DNA of 64,000 nucleotides from Felis catus (taxonomy: Eukaryota), in assembly GCF_018350175.1 (NCBI RefSeq), contig NC_058374.1, positions 117,180,001-117,244,000 of the forward strand, written 5' to 3'. Numbering within the stretch: the stretch's first letter is position 1; each line of letters begins with the position of its first letter. The position numbers and the translations under genes were made by a program. The notes beneath the pieces are model-generated. The model ran no database searches. It saw nothing but the letters and a program-made list of their open reading frames with translations, and was not told where the DNA came from. Below, piece after piece: positions 47,920 through 61,547 of the stretch.

Positions 47920-49450
47920 TCATTGTTCTCATTCATTCAACAGATATTTATTGAACACCCACTGTGTTCCAGCCACCAACTTATATAATGAGGACACAGT
48001 AGAGTAGAAATCTATGACCTCATGGAGCAGATGCAGACAATACCATGTTTAAAAAATATCTAGTATTTCAGATAAGTAGCATGGAGAAAACCAAGCAGTG
48101 AAGGGTGACAGGGAGTACTACGTGGGGAAGAGGGCTGGTATTTTAATGAGTGGTCAGGGATGGCCCTGCCGAGAAAGTGACGTATGAGCAAAAGCTGAGG
48201 TTGTAGGGGAGTGAGCTATGCATCTCCTTGGCAGAAGAATGCAACTGTGAAGACCCCAGGCAGGAACAGGGCCTTTTGGTCTGGAAATAATGGGGAAACT
48301 GGGCATGGCTGGAGCAGAGTGAGTGAAGGACATGATGGCTGGTGTGAGGTTAGAGAGAGGAAGGCAGACCAGATGATGAAGGTCAGTGGTTTTCAGTGGG
48401 GTGGCACCATTCGATAGGGCTTCTGAGATTCATGGAGCTGTATTTGTCCTAGTGTAGTTGTGTCTAAATATTTCCATGTTAAAATACATAATCCATATTT
48501 TATTATGAATTGCTTTCTCTTAATTCTGCTCTGTAATTTAGATAGGGCATTATGTGATTTTCTTTTTTAAAAATTGTATATGGAGTGTGGTGATATTACC
48601 CTTAAATTTGATTTCTGGACTGTAAAGGAGGTGTTACACAATGTTTGCTACTAATGGAGGGTTTGAGTCCGCCAGGGTCAAGAGCTTCTGAAGAAAGACC
48701 AGAAAGGCCATTGTAAGGGCCGTGGATTTGACTGCAGAGCAGAGTGGTCTGAGTAGAGTTAAACAGAGGAATATCATGATCAGATAGGATTAAACAGTTC
48801 TCACTGGCTACTGTGTAGAGAGCGGGCTATAGAGGGCAAGAGCAGAAGCCAGGAGGCCAGTCAGGAGGTTACTGCAGCGTCTTAGTCTGTCCAGGCTGTT
48901 GTAACAAAAATACTATAAACTGGGTAGCTTATAAATAGCACATGTTTATTTCTTACAATCTTAGAAGCTGGGAAGTCCAAGATCATGGTGCTAGCAGTCT
49001 TGACGTCTGGTGAGAACCCAAATGGCTTTCCTTTGGCTGTCACATCACATGGTAGAAGGGGCCTCTCTTATAAGGGCACTAATACCACTCATGGGGGTAG
49101 AGTCCTCACGATGTAATCACTCCCAAAGGCCCCCACCTCCTAATACCATCACACTGGAGATTAAGTTTCAACATGAATTTTGGGGGGACAGACATTCAGA
49201 CAACAGCATGAAGTAACAGTGGAAGATGATGGTGACTTGGATTGGGATGGTATAGTGTGGAGGGAGAAGTGGTGTAATTCAGGAATATTTTTTGAAGGTG
49301 GGAACTGTAGGGTTTTCTGACAGATTTGATGTGGAGTACAAGAGAAAGAGAGGAGTCAAGAATGACACCGTATTTTTGAACTGAGCAATGAAGGATATTG
49401 ATGTTATCAGCTGGGATGGGAAGCCTATATGTACAGTAGGTTTTGGAAAG
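47920..49450. mobile_element. Fragmented L2 with later insertions
   Basis: cattcattcaacagatatttattgaacac...; tcactggctactgtgtagagag...; aagagaggagtcaagaatgacacc. Confidence 0.6.
48879..49208. mobile_element. MLT1A-like solo LTR inside L2
   Basis: gtcttagtctgtccaggctg...ctgggaagtccaagatca...ccccacctcctaataccatcac...acattcagacaacagca. Confidence 0.8.
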
Positions 49451-49959
49451 CACCAGAATTTATAGGACACCAACTATGTGCCAGGCACTATTTTAGGCAC
49501 CAGGAATTTTCACAGGTCTGATGTGGAACCTTACATAAAGAAGTTCTTCAGAACAGAAGCTGAGGCTAGCAAGGACCAGGCTGCTCTAACACATAGGATT
49601 CCAGCTAGAGTGCAAGTCCTCTGAGGTCAGAAGCATGATTTGGCATCTTGGTCATCTTGGCCACCCACTTAGTATATGTTTGGTCACTATCCGTTGAGTG
49701 GATGATGATTCATTGTCTCTAATTTCCTTGATGATCCAAGTGAAAATGGGATAAAAGTCTACCCTGTGTGAACCCATGAAATTATTAGAATAGCTGTTAT
49801 GATTTTAGACAGGGGTTTCTTTTAGCCCATTTTAAATATTCTTATATGACTGTGGCACCTCCAGGCCACACACAGTGTGTTTTATCCCTGAATCTGGATG
49901 CAGGGCTTACCACATAGGAGGTTTTGTTGAATGAATATTTATTGAATGAATACATTTTA

Positions 49960-50145
49960 TGTATTTTTGTTTTGAGAGCGAGAGACAGAGCTGGCAAGCA
50001 GGGGAGAGGGGCAGAGTAGGGGGAGAGAGAGAATCTTAAGCAGGCTCCATGCTCACTGCAGAGCTTAATCCCATGACCCTGGAACCATGACTTGAGCCTA
50101 AATGAAGAGTTGGATGCACAACCAACTGAGCCACCCAGACGCCCC
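49960..50145 (-). mobile_element. Can-SINE (older)
   Basis: TSD cattttatgtatttt. Confidence 0.9.
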
Positions 50146-51079
50146 ATTTTATGTATTTTTAAAGGATATGTTTATTAGGTAGATTTTATGATATAATTAT
50201 AGTATCTATTTCATTTGTTTCCCAAGTTTTACTTCCTATTTTATAATAGTTATTGTATATATATTCTTTATTAACTATAATTTTTATGGTTGTGTAATAA
50301 TCTATTTTACCTGGATAAACTATAATTCCATTATTTTCTCATTAGTCAACATTTAAGATTCTTTCAATATTTCAGACTAATAAACAAGATATTGATGACC
50401 ATTTCCCTTAATGTACTTTTAATGTATGTAATGTATTTTAATGTACTTTAGGTTATTCCAGTAGGGTGTTAAGATTTCTTGATCAAGGATTATGATAGAC
50501 ATTATTAACATTTGCCAATATCTGTTTCTTCACTCCTTTTGGGCAGGCAGAAAACTTCACTTCTCAGCCTCCTTGCCATTGGGTAGGGCCATGTGATGTG
50601 ACTAGTTCTGGCCAATGAAACATGAGGGGAAGGACAAGTAAACCTTACCTCTCTACCAACCTGAGGAAGGTAGGCTGAGAGAGCAAGAAGTCAATGTTTG
50701 TTATATTAAACTTCTAGGACTCCAGAGTTAATTTGTTGCCACAGCTGAACTATTCTATCCTGACAAATACACAGACTTTGGACCTTATTATGGATTAGGG
50801 TATACACAGGAAAATTGCACAACAGTTGGTACATAGTAGATACCCAATAAATATCTACTTAATGAATCAGTGAGACTGCCAAGAATACATGAAAATACCA
50901 ATTTCATTGTTATCAACAGTAATGGATTTATTATTTGATTGTTCTAGCCAATTTAATAGGCAAAAATATTGCCATGGCCAACAAAAAATCAACCAATTTC
51001 TTTGCTTCTTGAAAAGGCTGAACGTTTTTTCATCTGTTGTTAGCTATTTCTTCTTTGGTGTATTATTTGTTCAAAATCT

Positions 51080-51298
51080 GGGGCACCTGGGTGGCTCAGT
51101 TGGCAAAGCATCTGACCCCTTACTTTGGCTCAGGTCATGATCTCATTCTTCATGAGACCGAGCCTGGCATCAGGCTCCATGCTGACAGTATGCAGCCTGC
51201 TTAGGATTCTTTCTCTCTCTGTCTCTGTCTCTCTCTCTGCCCCTCCTCCACTCATACAAGCTCTCTCTCTCTCAAAATAAGTAAATAAACATTAAAAA
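51080..51298 (+). mobile_element. Can-SINE
   Basis: Full body; TSD aaaatct. Confidence 0.9.
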
Positions 51299-51299
51299 T

Positions 51300-52330
51300 C
51301 TTTTATTCATTCTCTGTAACTATTTATTGAATGCTTTCACTGTTTTAGATATTGGGGATATAGTGGTAAATGACCTTGTTATCATAGAGCTTTTATTCTA
51401 GTATGGGAAAAAACGACATGTAAACAAATGCTTACATATTTTAGTTAGTGGTAAGTGCGATGAAAATCCAGGTCAGTGGCTTCAAGATAGACTAGGTATG
51501 TCTTCACACGGGGTCATGTAACATCTTTCTGATAACATCAACTTTTGAAGAAAGGGAGTGAGCCAAGAAGATACTGTGAAGAAAGGTGTTGCAGGCGGAA
51601 GGAATAGCACGTAGGATGGCTGTAAGGTGGGGGTACGCTTGATATTTTGGGGTTACAGTGAGAAACAAGTCTGACCGAAGCAGAATCAGCAAGGAGAAAG
51701 TAGTAGGAGATGGAATTGAAGAGGTAAAAAGCTAGAACATATAGGGTCTCCAAAGCCACTGTTATATCTTTTGACTCTTCTTTGGAGTGTTATGTGAGCC
51801 ACTGGGGGCTTTTGAGCTGAGAAGTGATGTGATATGATCTACTATTTAAAAGGATTACTCTGGGAGCACCTGGGTTGGTTAATTTGGTTGACCGTCCGAC
51901 TCTTGGTTTCGGTTCAGGTCATGACCTCACAATTCATGAGATTGAGCCCATCTTGGGCTCCACGCTGTCAGCGCATAGCCTGTTTGGGATTCTCTCCTTC
52001 TCTCTCTCTGCCCCTCCCCCACTCATTCATGCTCTCTCTCAAGATAAACATTTAAAAAAATAAATAAAAGGATTCCTCTGGCTTCTCAGTAGATGAGATG
52101 ACATGGGAGAAAGCAGGGGACAATATTTTGATGGAAGATGAAGACAGCTTAGACCAGCGTAACACCATGGATAAAGTGAGAAGGGGTCAGATTCCTGATG
52201 CATTTTGTAGTGGAGCTGATAGGGTTTAATGATAGACTGCACATGGGGCCGGCTAAGAGAAATGAAGGAGTCAAGAATTATTCCAAGGTTTTTGACTTGA
52301 ATAACTAGAAGAATGTAGTTGCCATTTACT
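51300..52330. mobile_element. L2 fragment interrupted by a SINE
   Basis: ttattcattc...tatttattgaatgc...gagccactgggggcttttgagc...aaggagtcaagaat...gttgccatttact. Confidence 0.65.
51862..52062 (+). mobile_element. Can-SINE
   Basis: TSD taaaaggatt(a/c)ctctgg. Confidence 0.9.
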
Positions 52331-52469
52331 TTGTTGCTTTATTGAACCATATTTGGTATTTTTCATGGCTCCGGAAAAGGCCATGAGAAATCAAAAGAAC
52401 AGTGTACTGGGGGGAGCATGGTGTTCACTTTCCAGATCCAGGGGTCCACTGATTGACTGAAAGCAGCTG

Positions 52470-53252
52470 TGGTCTGCGTCCTGGCAGCAGTACAGTGACT
52501 CTCACCTTCTCTGGCTCTCCTCGCCATCTCCTTTTCACTTCCAGAGACATGGCCTCTGGTGTGGCTATCTCTGATGGCATCAAGGTGTTTTAATGATACG
52601 CAGGTGCACAAGCCATCTATGCCGGAGGAGGTGAAGAAGCACAAGAAGGTAGTGCTCTGAGACCTACGGGAGGACAGAAAAGTCCTCTGGGAGGAGGGCC
52701 AGGCTGGCAGCAACCCCTATGTGCTTTGTCAAGACACTGCTGGCCAAGGTCTGCTGTTACAGCCTCTGTGATGCAAACTAGGAGATGGAGGAGAGCAAGA
52801 AGGGGACCTTGTGTTTATCCTCAGGACTTCTGAGTCTGCACTCCTTGGGAGCAGAACGACACATGCCAGCTCCTAGGATGTCATCTAGAAGAAGCTGATG
52901 GAGATTAAGCATGAATTACAAGCAAACTGTTAGGAGAAATTCAGGCACCAATGCACCCTGGCAGAAAAGCTGGGGGGAGGCAGTATAATTTCTCCCTGGA
53001 GGAACAGCCTTTGTCTTCCTCCTCCTTCCATCCCTGATGGTTCCAGCCTTCCTAAACTACTTTTGATCTGATTCCTCTTAGGTCGAAGCAGATCCAGTGT
53101 CCCTAGGCACTGCAGTTTATGGAGGGTCTGTATTTTTTCAGCAACAGTTCTGTTCCCCACTTGTTCCTCCTCATTCCTTTTTAAAAATTTTTTTAAACGT
53201 TTATTTTTGAAAGAGAGAGAGAGAGTGCTGCATGAGCAGAGGTGAGGCAGAC

Positions 53253-53292
<40 letters not shown>

Positions 53293-53597
53293 GGAGACAG
53301 AGCATCTGAAGCGGGGAAGTGGGCTCTGAGCTGACAGCAGAGAGCCCGATTCAGGGCTTGAACCCATGAACCTCGAGACCATGACCTGAGCTGAAGTCAG
53401 ATGCTTAACTGACTGAGTCATCCAGGTGCCCCCCATACCGCCAGCTTCTAACCATGGTAGTGACCGTGCTCCTCTGTTTAGTTCTGTGTGTAAGGAGAAT
53501 GTTGTGAACATGATCCCTCCTTCTCGGGACTGGTTCCCCTCCCCTTTTCCCATGGTTGCAGCCACTCATGGAAGTAAGACTATAGGAGACCGTCAGT

Positions 53598-53600
<3 letters not shown>
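52470..53600 (+). pseudogene. CFL1: Processed pseudogene of cofilin-1 (CDS remnant 52549-53013, with 5' and 3'UTR)
   Basis: MASGVAISDGIKVF / NDTQVHKPSMPEEVKKHKKVVL* ... IKHELQANC*EKFRHQCTLAEKLGG ... SLEEQPL. Frameshifts, stops and an internal deletion; intronless; CFL1-like UTRs. Confidence 0.93.
53177..53434 (-). mobile_element. Can-SINE inserted in the CFL1 pseudogene 3'UTR
   Basis: SINE body; CFL1 3'UTR resumes at ~53435. Confidence 0.92.

Positions 53601-53647
<47 letters not shown>
53600..53647. repeat. (CA)n microsatellite
   Basis: Direct inspection. Confidence 0.95.
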
Positions 53648-53648
<1 letters not shown>

Positions 53649-54064
53649 AATTTAAAAAAAAATTGGATTTGAATTAAAATAAATAAATAAAATAACATAA
53701 AAAACAAAAAACTGTGGTCTGCTTATGGCCACGGTGATTGGTTTAGGGGTGGGCATTTGACCTTAGATGACCCCATCAGGGGCCCAGGACTTACATTTAA
53801 TAATTTGGGACAGCTACTCCTTCTACTCAAAATGAACAAAGAAGCATGCTCCCTGAGGCTTCCAGGAGTCCTCTTGCTCTTTTGAGAGGAACCAGCCCTG
53901 GAATGAACCTGACATCATAGAAAGCTGAGAAAAGACATAAAAATGCTGGGTCTTTTGTGACATGGTTGAGTCCATCCTGGCTTGAAATCTACCCAGAGAC
54001 GATTCAGTTACATGAGTTAACAAACTCCCTTTCATTGTGTATGCAAGCTTGGGCCGTGTGTTCT

Positions 54065-54289
54065 TTTTTAAAAAAAATTTTTTTTTAACGTTTATTTATT
54101 TTTGTGACAGAGAGAGACAGAGCATGAACAGGGGAGGGGCAGAGAGAGAGGGAGACACAGAATCTGAAACAGGCTCCAGGCTCTGAGCTGTCAGCACAGA
54201 GCCCGACGCGGGGCTCGAACTCACGGACCATGAGATCGTGACCTGAGCCGAAGTTGGACGCTTAACCGACCGAGCCACCCAGGCGCCCC
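54065..54289 (-). mobile_element. Can-SINE (young)
   Basis: TSD ttgggccgtgtgttct. Confidence 0.95.
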
Positions 54290-57200
54290 TTGGGCCGTGT
54301 GTTCTGTTCCTTGCCACCAGCCCCGTCCTAATTGATATAAGCAGCTTTCCATGTAAACGCTGTCCACAATTCTCAGGCAGAATGCTCTCACCACCTGGGA
54401 TCTCAGAACACAGGAAATAGTCACCCCAGAAAATCTGCAAACCATTTGAGGCTTAGGATTGGAGAGTGACATCATGTTCTGGGAGAGGAAAGGCCACCTT
54501 CAGAGCAGATGCTGTCCAAACTCCTGGAGGAATGGATCCCAGGAACTGTCAGAGCAGCAGACATCACTGGGCATCGAATGATCTCGGCTGCATCCCCGGC
54601 AGTGAGGGCCGGGTGTTCTTCCTTCAAAAAGAGGGTCTTTGGCAACTTGCTTCTGGACACCGAAGTGTTTACAGTCATACTCACCAGTTGCCAGAGGCAT
54701 GAGATGGAAAGGGATTCTGAATGCGGAGTCTCCATGAACACCAACTGCTTGTGTCAACATTTGTTTCCGAAAACCCTTTACCAATTTCTGCTCCTTTCAA
54801 GACCGTTTAGGTTCATGATGAGCAGGAGAGGCTGTGGAGTCAGATCGCCTGGACCTCTCTCCTGGCTCTGCCAGGGCTCATGGACCCAGAAGGGATCTCA
54901 GGGCTGAGGTCAGCCGGCAGATAGGGGCTCTGAGACATCGCAGTCTCAGCAAATGCTCCGCACAGGGTAGTCACCCCAGATCGGAGAGCACTGCTGTGCA
55001 GTAGACTTCCTGGAGCCTCTTCTCCCCTAATTGTCTTGATTGTCATCAAGTCTGAAATGAATTCTAGTCTAGTGACTAAAAGCATCAACAGTCTGCAGCC
55101 AGACCACGAGAGTCTGAATCTTAGATCCGTCACCTACAGACTGTGCAAGTTACTTAACTTCTCCATGCCTCAGTTTCCTCCTCTGGAAAGAGGAGGTAAT
55201 AAAAAGGTGTCTTCTCAAGTTGCCTGGAGGATAAATGAGTTACTATGGTGACTCTTAGAACAGCGCCTGGCATCAGTGAATATTATCTATAAAGTTGCCT
55301 GCAACTTGCTAATCAGTAATGACACAGAGATGCCAAACGCAAACATGAATTGAAAGAGAAGAAAGAAATGCATACGCAAAGCAGAGTGTCCATTAATGTC
55401 TGACAAAAAAGAGAATGGTTGGGTGCCTTTCAATGAAGCCCAGATCTTCTCTCTCCAGCCAGGGTGGGGTTTCTGGGCTGGAACCAATGAGATGGAAGGG
55501 GAAGCCCAGCCATCTCCTTCCCGCCACCATTAGCCTTCTGGCCCCACGGCCGGTGTAGCTTTTCTTTTATGCTGAGTTAATCTACTCCGAGTAATAACAA
55601 CCATCCCTCACTTTTTAATTCCACCGTAAGTTTAGGGAGCCCTTTCACAGCTCTCTGTATCCCACTGCACCCCCCCCCCCCGCCCCCAGTGGAGTACTGT
55701 CTTCCCATTTCACAGATGGAAAAAACACAGCATGAGCTTGCCATCCAGCATCCATAATATTCAAAAACATGCAAGCATCAGGGACTCTTTTTTTCCCTTC
55801 TTTATGTTTTTTATTTTCAAAATGTTCTACAGTTTAAAAATGGATTGCTAATTTTTTCTTATGTGTTAATATTGCCGGTAACTCCTGTCGAATAGCCTAC
55901 ATGCCAGGCACTGCTTTAAGAACTTTTTGTGTGCGAAGGCATTTACTTCTCACAAGAACCCAGTTTGATACCTACTGTTATTTTTCTCCTCTTACAGATG
56001 AGATCACAGAGGCACAGTGACCTGCCATGATTAGGTTTGAACTTCCAACAGTTTGACTCCAGAACCAACACATATAATTACTGTGCTAGCCTACATGTTC
56101 GTGGTAGAATTTTAATAACACCGGTAAAGAAAAAAGATGAATTTTTAGGAAAAGTATAATGCCAATACTCAGATATAACTACTGTTAACATTTGGTGTAG
56201 GTTAATGGTTATACATCAGGCAGGGGATGGGAGTGGAAGAAAAAGGCATACGTGGGGATTACTTGGGGAGCTTTCAAAATATGCCTACGCTTAAGATATT
56301 ATACCTGAGGGAGAAGGCAAGCATATGAGTATTTGGGAGGAAAAAGTTAGATGATACTAGTAAACAGCCTCTTTCTTCTTTCACATGCCAATGGCTCCAC
56401 CCCCATCCTAGTTGAAAGCCACTGGTGTATTTTGCCAATCTTCTATGCATAGCTTCATGGGCACACATAAATACACACTTCTAAATAACAAATCAGAAAC
56501 TTTAATAAACAATAGTTAAAAAAAAGCAAGCAGGCGATGCTGGCCTATTATACGGTGAAATTCCTAATTGCCCTGGATTTTGCTGTACCTCAAAGGCACA
56601 TTAGTAAGGACAAATACGAGTTTCCAGGTTGGAACCTGCTAGGCTTTTTCAGCATCAACAGCCCTTCCTGTGAATTTGTTGTTTTGTGATTTGGCAGGTG
56701 GAAGTGGCCAAATAATTCTGTGGCCCAGGTTCTCCCAGAGGTCTTGTACCCTGGGCTGATTTGTACTTTATAGTCTTACAGACATAGCTCCATGCCAGGG
56801 CGTTGGACAACTACCTGTGCTTGTATTTTTCCCCATTTAGGCCTGCACGAGCGCATGGGACAAACCCAGCAGGATGCCTGGTGTGTTCTGGAAGGAGTGA
56901 GAGCCTGAGCCGTAGAAGGGAGAGCCAGAATGAGGTCTTCCTGTCTCTGCTTCCTGTGATGGCCCATCATAGCGCCTGTGACACTGCTTCCAGGTGCTGA
57001 CTTTCTCTCCTGCGCCAGTCAGTGGACCGTGTGCTACTTACGTGCAGGAAGCAGGTCTGGTGATTTTGTCTTTCTTCCTCTTTGTATCTTGATTGCTTGG
57101 AATGGTGCCTGGGACAGAGGGAGCAGTGGCTTCGTGTCAGGATGAATAACAGGCATGACCACAGCGAATGTCTAGAGGCGGCTCTGTGCCTCAAGACAGA

Positions 57201-57739
57201 CTAATAAGACAAAAGTTTCCATTCCAGTCTTTACAACAACCCCATAAGAGAAAGTCTAGATTCTATTATTCTCCCCATTGGAGAGCTAAGGAAATTAGGC
57301 AGGGAGAGGTTGAATAACTTGTCCAAGGTCACACAGATAAGCGGCCGTCTGCAATCAAACCCGGGAAGCTGAGCCCCAGTGTTCAAATTCATCGTGCCTA
57401 CTCTTTGTTACTTCTGTCATGCTCTCTCCTCTGATTCAGCGGCCGCAGCGATCACTTTAAGATTTTGCGTCCTCACGTGACTCCCTGATCAAGAACCTTC
57501 ACAGCCAGACTCCCCAGCGTGGTGCAGAGGCTATCTGCAATTGTCTCCAGTCCTCTTGCCACTTCAGAGCAGCAAGAGTTTGATCCCAACTTGATTTACA
57601 AGCTGTGAAACCCTGGCTATATTGCTTAACCTCTCCACTCAGGCTCCTCAACTGTGAAATGAGGGCAATAATGATACTGACTTCATACCGCACTAAGGAG
57701 AACTTCATAACCATCGACATGGGAACTGCTTAGAATGTG

Positions 57740-58295
57740 GATTTGCAAGCTTTTTCTATAAGGTGTCAGGTGGGAAATATTTTCAGCTTTGTGGTCATAC
57801 AGTCTCTGTCACAGCTACTCAACTCTGCCACTGCAGTGCAAAAGCAGCCATAGACAATAGGGAAAGGAATGAGTGTGCCTCTGGGCCAATAGACAGTTTT
57901 TTATGGACACTGAGATGCGAATTTCAAATCATTTTCATGTGTCATGAAATATTCTTCTTTTCTTAAATTTTTAATGTTTATTTATTTTTAGAGAAAGAGA
58001 GAGAAAGGGAGGGAGACAGAGGCAAAGAGAGGGGGAGACGCAGAATCTGAAACAGGCTTCAGGCTCTGAGCTGCCAACACAGAGTCCGATGCAGGGCTCA
58101 AACCCACGAACTGTGTGAGACTATGACCTGAGCCAAAGTTGGATGCTTAACCAACTGAGCCACCCAGGAGCCCCAGAAATATTCTTCTTTATATTTCCCC
58201 CAACCATTTAAAAATGTAAAAACTTTTCTTAGCTCATGAATAGTATGAGAACAGGTGCCAAGCTATATATACATGGCCCATGGGCTGTAGTTCGA
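57740..58295. mobile_element. MER58B-like hAT transposon interrupted by a SINE
   Basis: aaatattttcagctttgtggtcatacagtctctgtcacagctactcaactctgccactgcagtgcaaaagcagccatagacaata...tggcccatgggctgtagtt. Confidence 0.8.
57961..58175 (-). mobile_element. Can-SINE inside MER58
   Basis: TSD gaaatattcttcttt. Confidence 0.93.
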
Positions 58296-61200
58296 AGACT
58301 CTTAGTTTGGAATATTGTCTGGTACAGAAGAAGAGCTTCATAAATCCAAGAGGCACAGTGTGAAGTAAAGAGGAAAAAGTAGGAGTTTGTAAGGTGCTGG
58401 GGGCTTTGACTTGATAGGGATGTGTGGATGGAAGGGATGGGCCAAATATAAGAGAGTAAGTTGAGGAATAAACATCTGCTGATTCCATCCTTACACTGAC
58501 CCAGCACCTTCCATCCTAATTACAGAGGAGATGACTGAGCCTCAGAGAGGTTAGGTAACATGCCCAGAGTTGCACAGCTTTTAAATATTAAAATCAGAAC
58601 CTGAATCTGGTTTTTATAGGATACCAAAGACTGCTTTTTCTACTTTATCCTAGTGCACTGAACAGATAACAAGAACCTATGATGTGTCAGAGGCTGTGAC
58701 ACATCTGGGAACACAGTGGTATCAGAGATTTAGCTCTGACCAAATGGAGTATAGTCTCATAGGAGATCAGATATTCAAATAGGCAATTATAACTCAGGGT
58801 GAACACTCCTATGATAAGAACTCATGGGAGAAGCTCAGAGTTGAAGGTTCTAACCCACATTGGAGAAATCAGAAAAGGCTTCTTGGAGGCAGTAAAGTCT
58901 AAGTGAGACTGTAGATCAAGAAGGAAAGACCCAGAAAAGCACCACATAGGGAATAATAATATTAAGGTACAGTGTCTTGACTGGTTAGCCTGGTTGTCTG
59001 TTGGTGCCTCCTACCCCTGAGAAATCTGGTTCTGAGATTCATGGCCTTTGAAGTTCCAATACTCTTTCCAGGAGGGTCCCTGAGTTTTCTGTCCTTAGGT
59101 GTTCTCTGCCCCCACCTCCCTGTTCCTGAAATGCTACCATAGTTTTGCCCCACAGCTCCCTGGAGACAAGGCTGAGCCCCTTCTCTGTTTTCCTTCGTTA
59201 TTTCACGTACTTCATGAATTTGGTAAACCTGACTCAAGATTTTGGTGGAGGGAGGGTGTAAACACGGGGAGGGATCACTTCAGGAGCCCAGGGCTTCCGC
59301 CCTCTCCTGGCCCCCCACTTCCTTTCTGGAGCTGCAAACAAAATCCTCCCTTTGTCTTGCTGGGAGGGTCCCACCCACCTCCGGCCCTAAGGATCTCAGT
59401 TTCTACTTCTAGCGCTTAGCAAAGTATTTTCTCCACAAACACAGCTCTACCTTCCTAAGAGGAATTCCGATGAATAAAGTGTCCTCTTTACACATATATC
59501 CTCTTATTTGATCCTCCTAGCAAGCCTCCAGAATAGCTGCCATTGTCCCCATTTTACAGATGGGAAAACTCAGTAACAAGCCCAAATGATAGCGTTGAGA
59601 GTTAAGCGCAGGACTGTCGGATTCCAAAATCTTTCTCAGGCACTCTATTCTAATACCACTGTGATTAGATCTGGAGAAGCAGGGGGGGGGGGGTGATGAT
59701 GGATATAATCAGAAACTGGGTCCATAAAGAATATTAATTTCGCCAGGGACGTTGGTTAAGGATTATGGTGTTCGGTTTGGGAAGAGAACTGCGACCTGGC
59801 TGCGGGCGCCCCAGAACACTCAAGCCTGGGGCTCATTCCACGGGCTTGGCCTGAGAACATTCCTGAAAATAGCACTGCAGTTCTTTGATAACTGAGCAGA
59901 CGCGAAGGAGACAGGGAGAAGAGGAAACAGGAAATGAAGAGAGAGGAAAGGAAGCTAAAGAGAGCCGGTTCTGTATTCAACAAACAATTTTAGATTCAAA
60001 ATGAATCTGCTATTGAAGCCAGAAACTCTAGAGAGGTTCACACGGGCCAAGGTTTTTGGCCAGCTCTTCAGAGAATTTGGTTCCAAGCTGGGGAAATGAG
60101 GTTACTACGAAGCCAGAGTCTCAACATATGAATCAAAGCCTCCTTTTCAGCATCCAGAAGGATTTGGGGGACGGAGTCCCTAGCAGTTTCAGTGCTGCAT
60201 GCCTTGGACCTCGGCCACATGTGGGTATGTGAGTGCGTGGCTCCTTGTGAGCCCAGAGGAAAGCTTGACGTGCACCAGGGAACAGGAGCCCCGCCTTCAG
60301 GAAGCCGTGAGCGAGGAGCAGCTAAAATGTGCTTCCTCTTCCCCTCTCTCTCCAGCCCTGAAGGTCACTGTGGGCTGACAAGCCCTTCCCCCACACCCTG
60401 CGACTGAGTTCAGCTCTCCTTACCCCACCCCTGCCCTCACAGTGGCCCTCAGCCGAATCTGCGAGGTTGCTCTTTACCCCTATCGCTCTCCTGGCTGGGC
60501 TCTCTCTCTGCACTTCTGCTCTCCAAGATGAAGGGAACCAAATGCCACTATCACACTGGCAGACCCTAGCTGGCCCCAGAGTTCTGCTTCTGTTTCATGA
60601 GGGCAGTACAGTGGGTAGTCCTGGAAGTAGGAATTCCTCTTCAGCATCCAAAGAGAAGATTGCTTAGAACAGTGTCTGGTCTGCGGTACATGCTGTAGGG
60701 CTGTAAGCTTTTATTCTCTATCCTGGCCCAGCTCCTAGGTATGCTAGAGTGAGCAGCAAACAAAAGAGATGCGGTGGGGGTGATGGAACTTGAAGTTTAA
60801 ACATTTGAGAGCCAGATGGGGCAAGTGCATACACAAAGCCCAGGAGGGGGAATTAGCAAGGTACCTTTGTAGAAAAGCAAGTGGACCAGATGGAATCAAG
60901 GGAAACATTCCTATAAGTAGTGGGAACAGCTTAAAACTTTTGGGGCCACACTGTTTAGGGTCTTGATTGCCAAGCTAGGGTGTTTGCACTTCATCCTGTA
61001 GGTAATGGGGAGCTGGATGGTTTCGATTTTAACACACACATTATTTTGCTATCCTAGATTAAGACTTGGCATTTAATTGAACCCCTACAAAGTTCAGAGG
61101 TACAAAGTTGAGCTTGGTGTGAAGTTGAACTCGACCATGCGTCTGGGTTCTTTGTCTTTCCTCTCTCCTGCCCCTCCTTCCTGTCCTCTCTTCTCCCTTC

Positions 61201-61547
61201 CTGCTCTCTTACTTTCTCTCCCTGCATTTTACCAATTCTAAAACTCTGTGCATTGCATCTTTCTTGTAGTTGATTCCTAATCCTAGGAATCTTCTCATCA
61301 ACCTGGTGAGAAGATTGGAAATCTGACATGTTCTTTTCTTTTTTTTTCTTTTTAAAGCAGGATTAGGCAGCTAATTGTACATTCCGTGCAGAAGGGAAAG
61401 TATCTAATTTCTCATCTCTGAGGTTGTCAGATCCCGTCCTGTTCTCCCAGAGACTTAATTTATGCTGTCTGGGTTATCATGGGATAGTCCATATGAAGCT
61501 CTGATTTGAGTTACTTGTGGGTCCCATTCTCCCCAATCCTAATAGAC

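Noticed and set aside
52930-54440. ORFs with AQSVKRPTSAQVMISRF...-like peptides (also at 5804, 18857, 31652, 40536, 41224, 61918)
   Set aside because: Translations of Can-SINE bodies, not genes.
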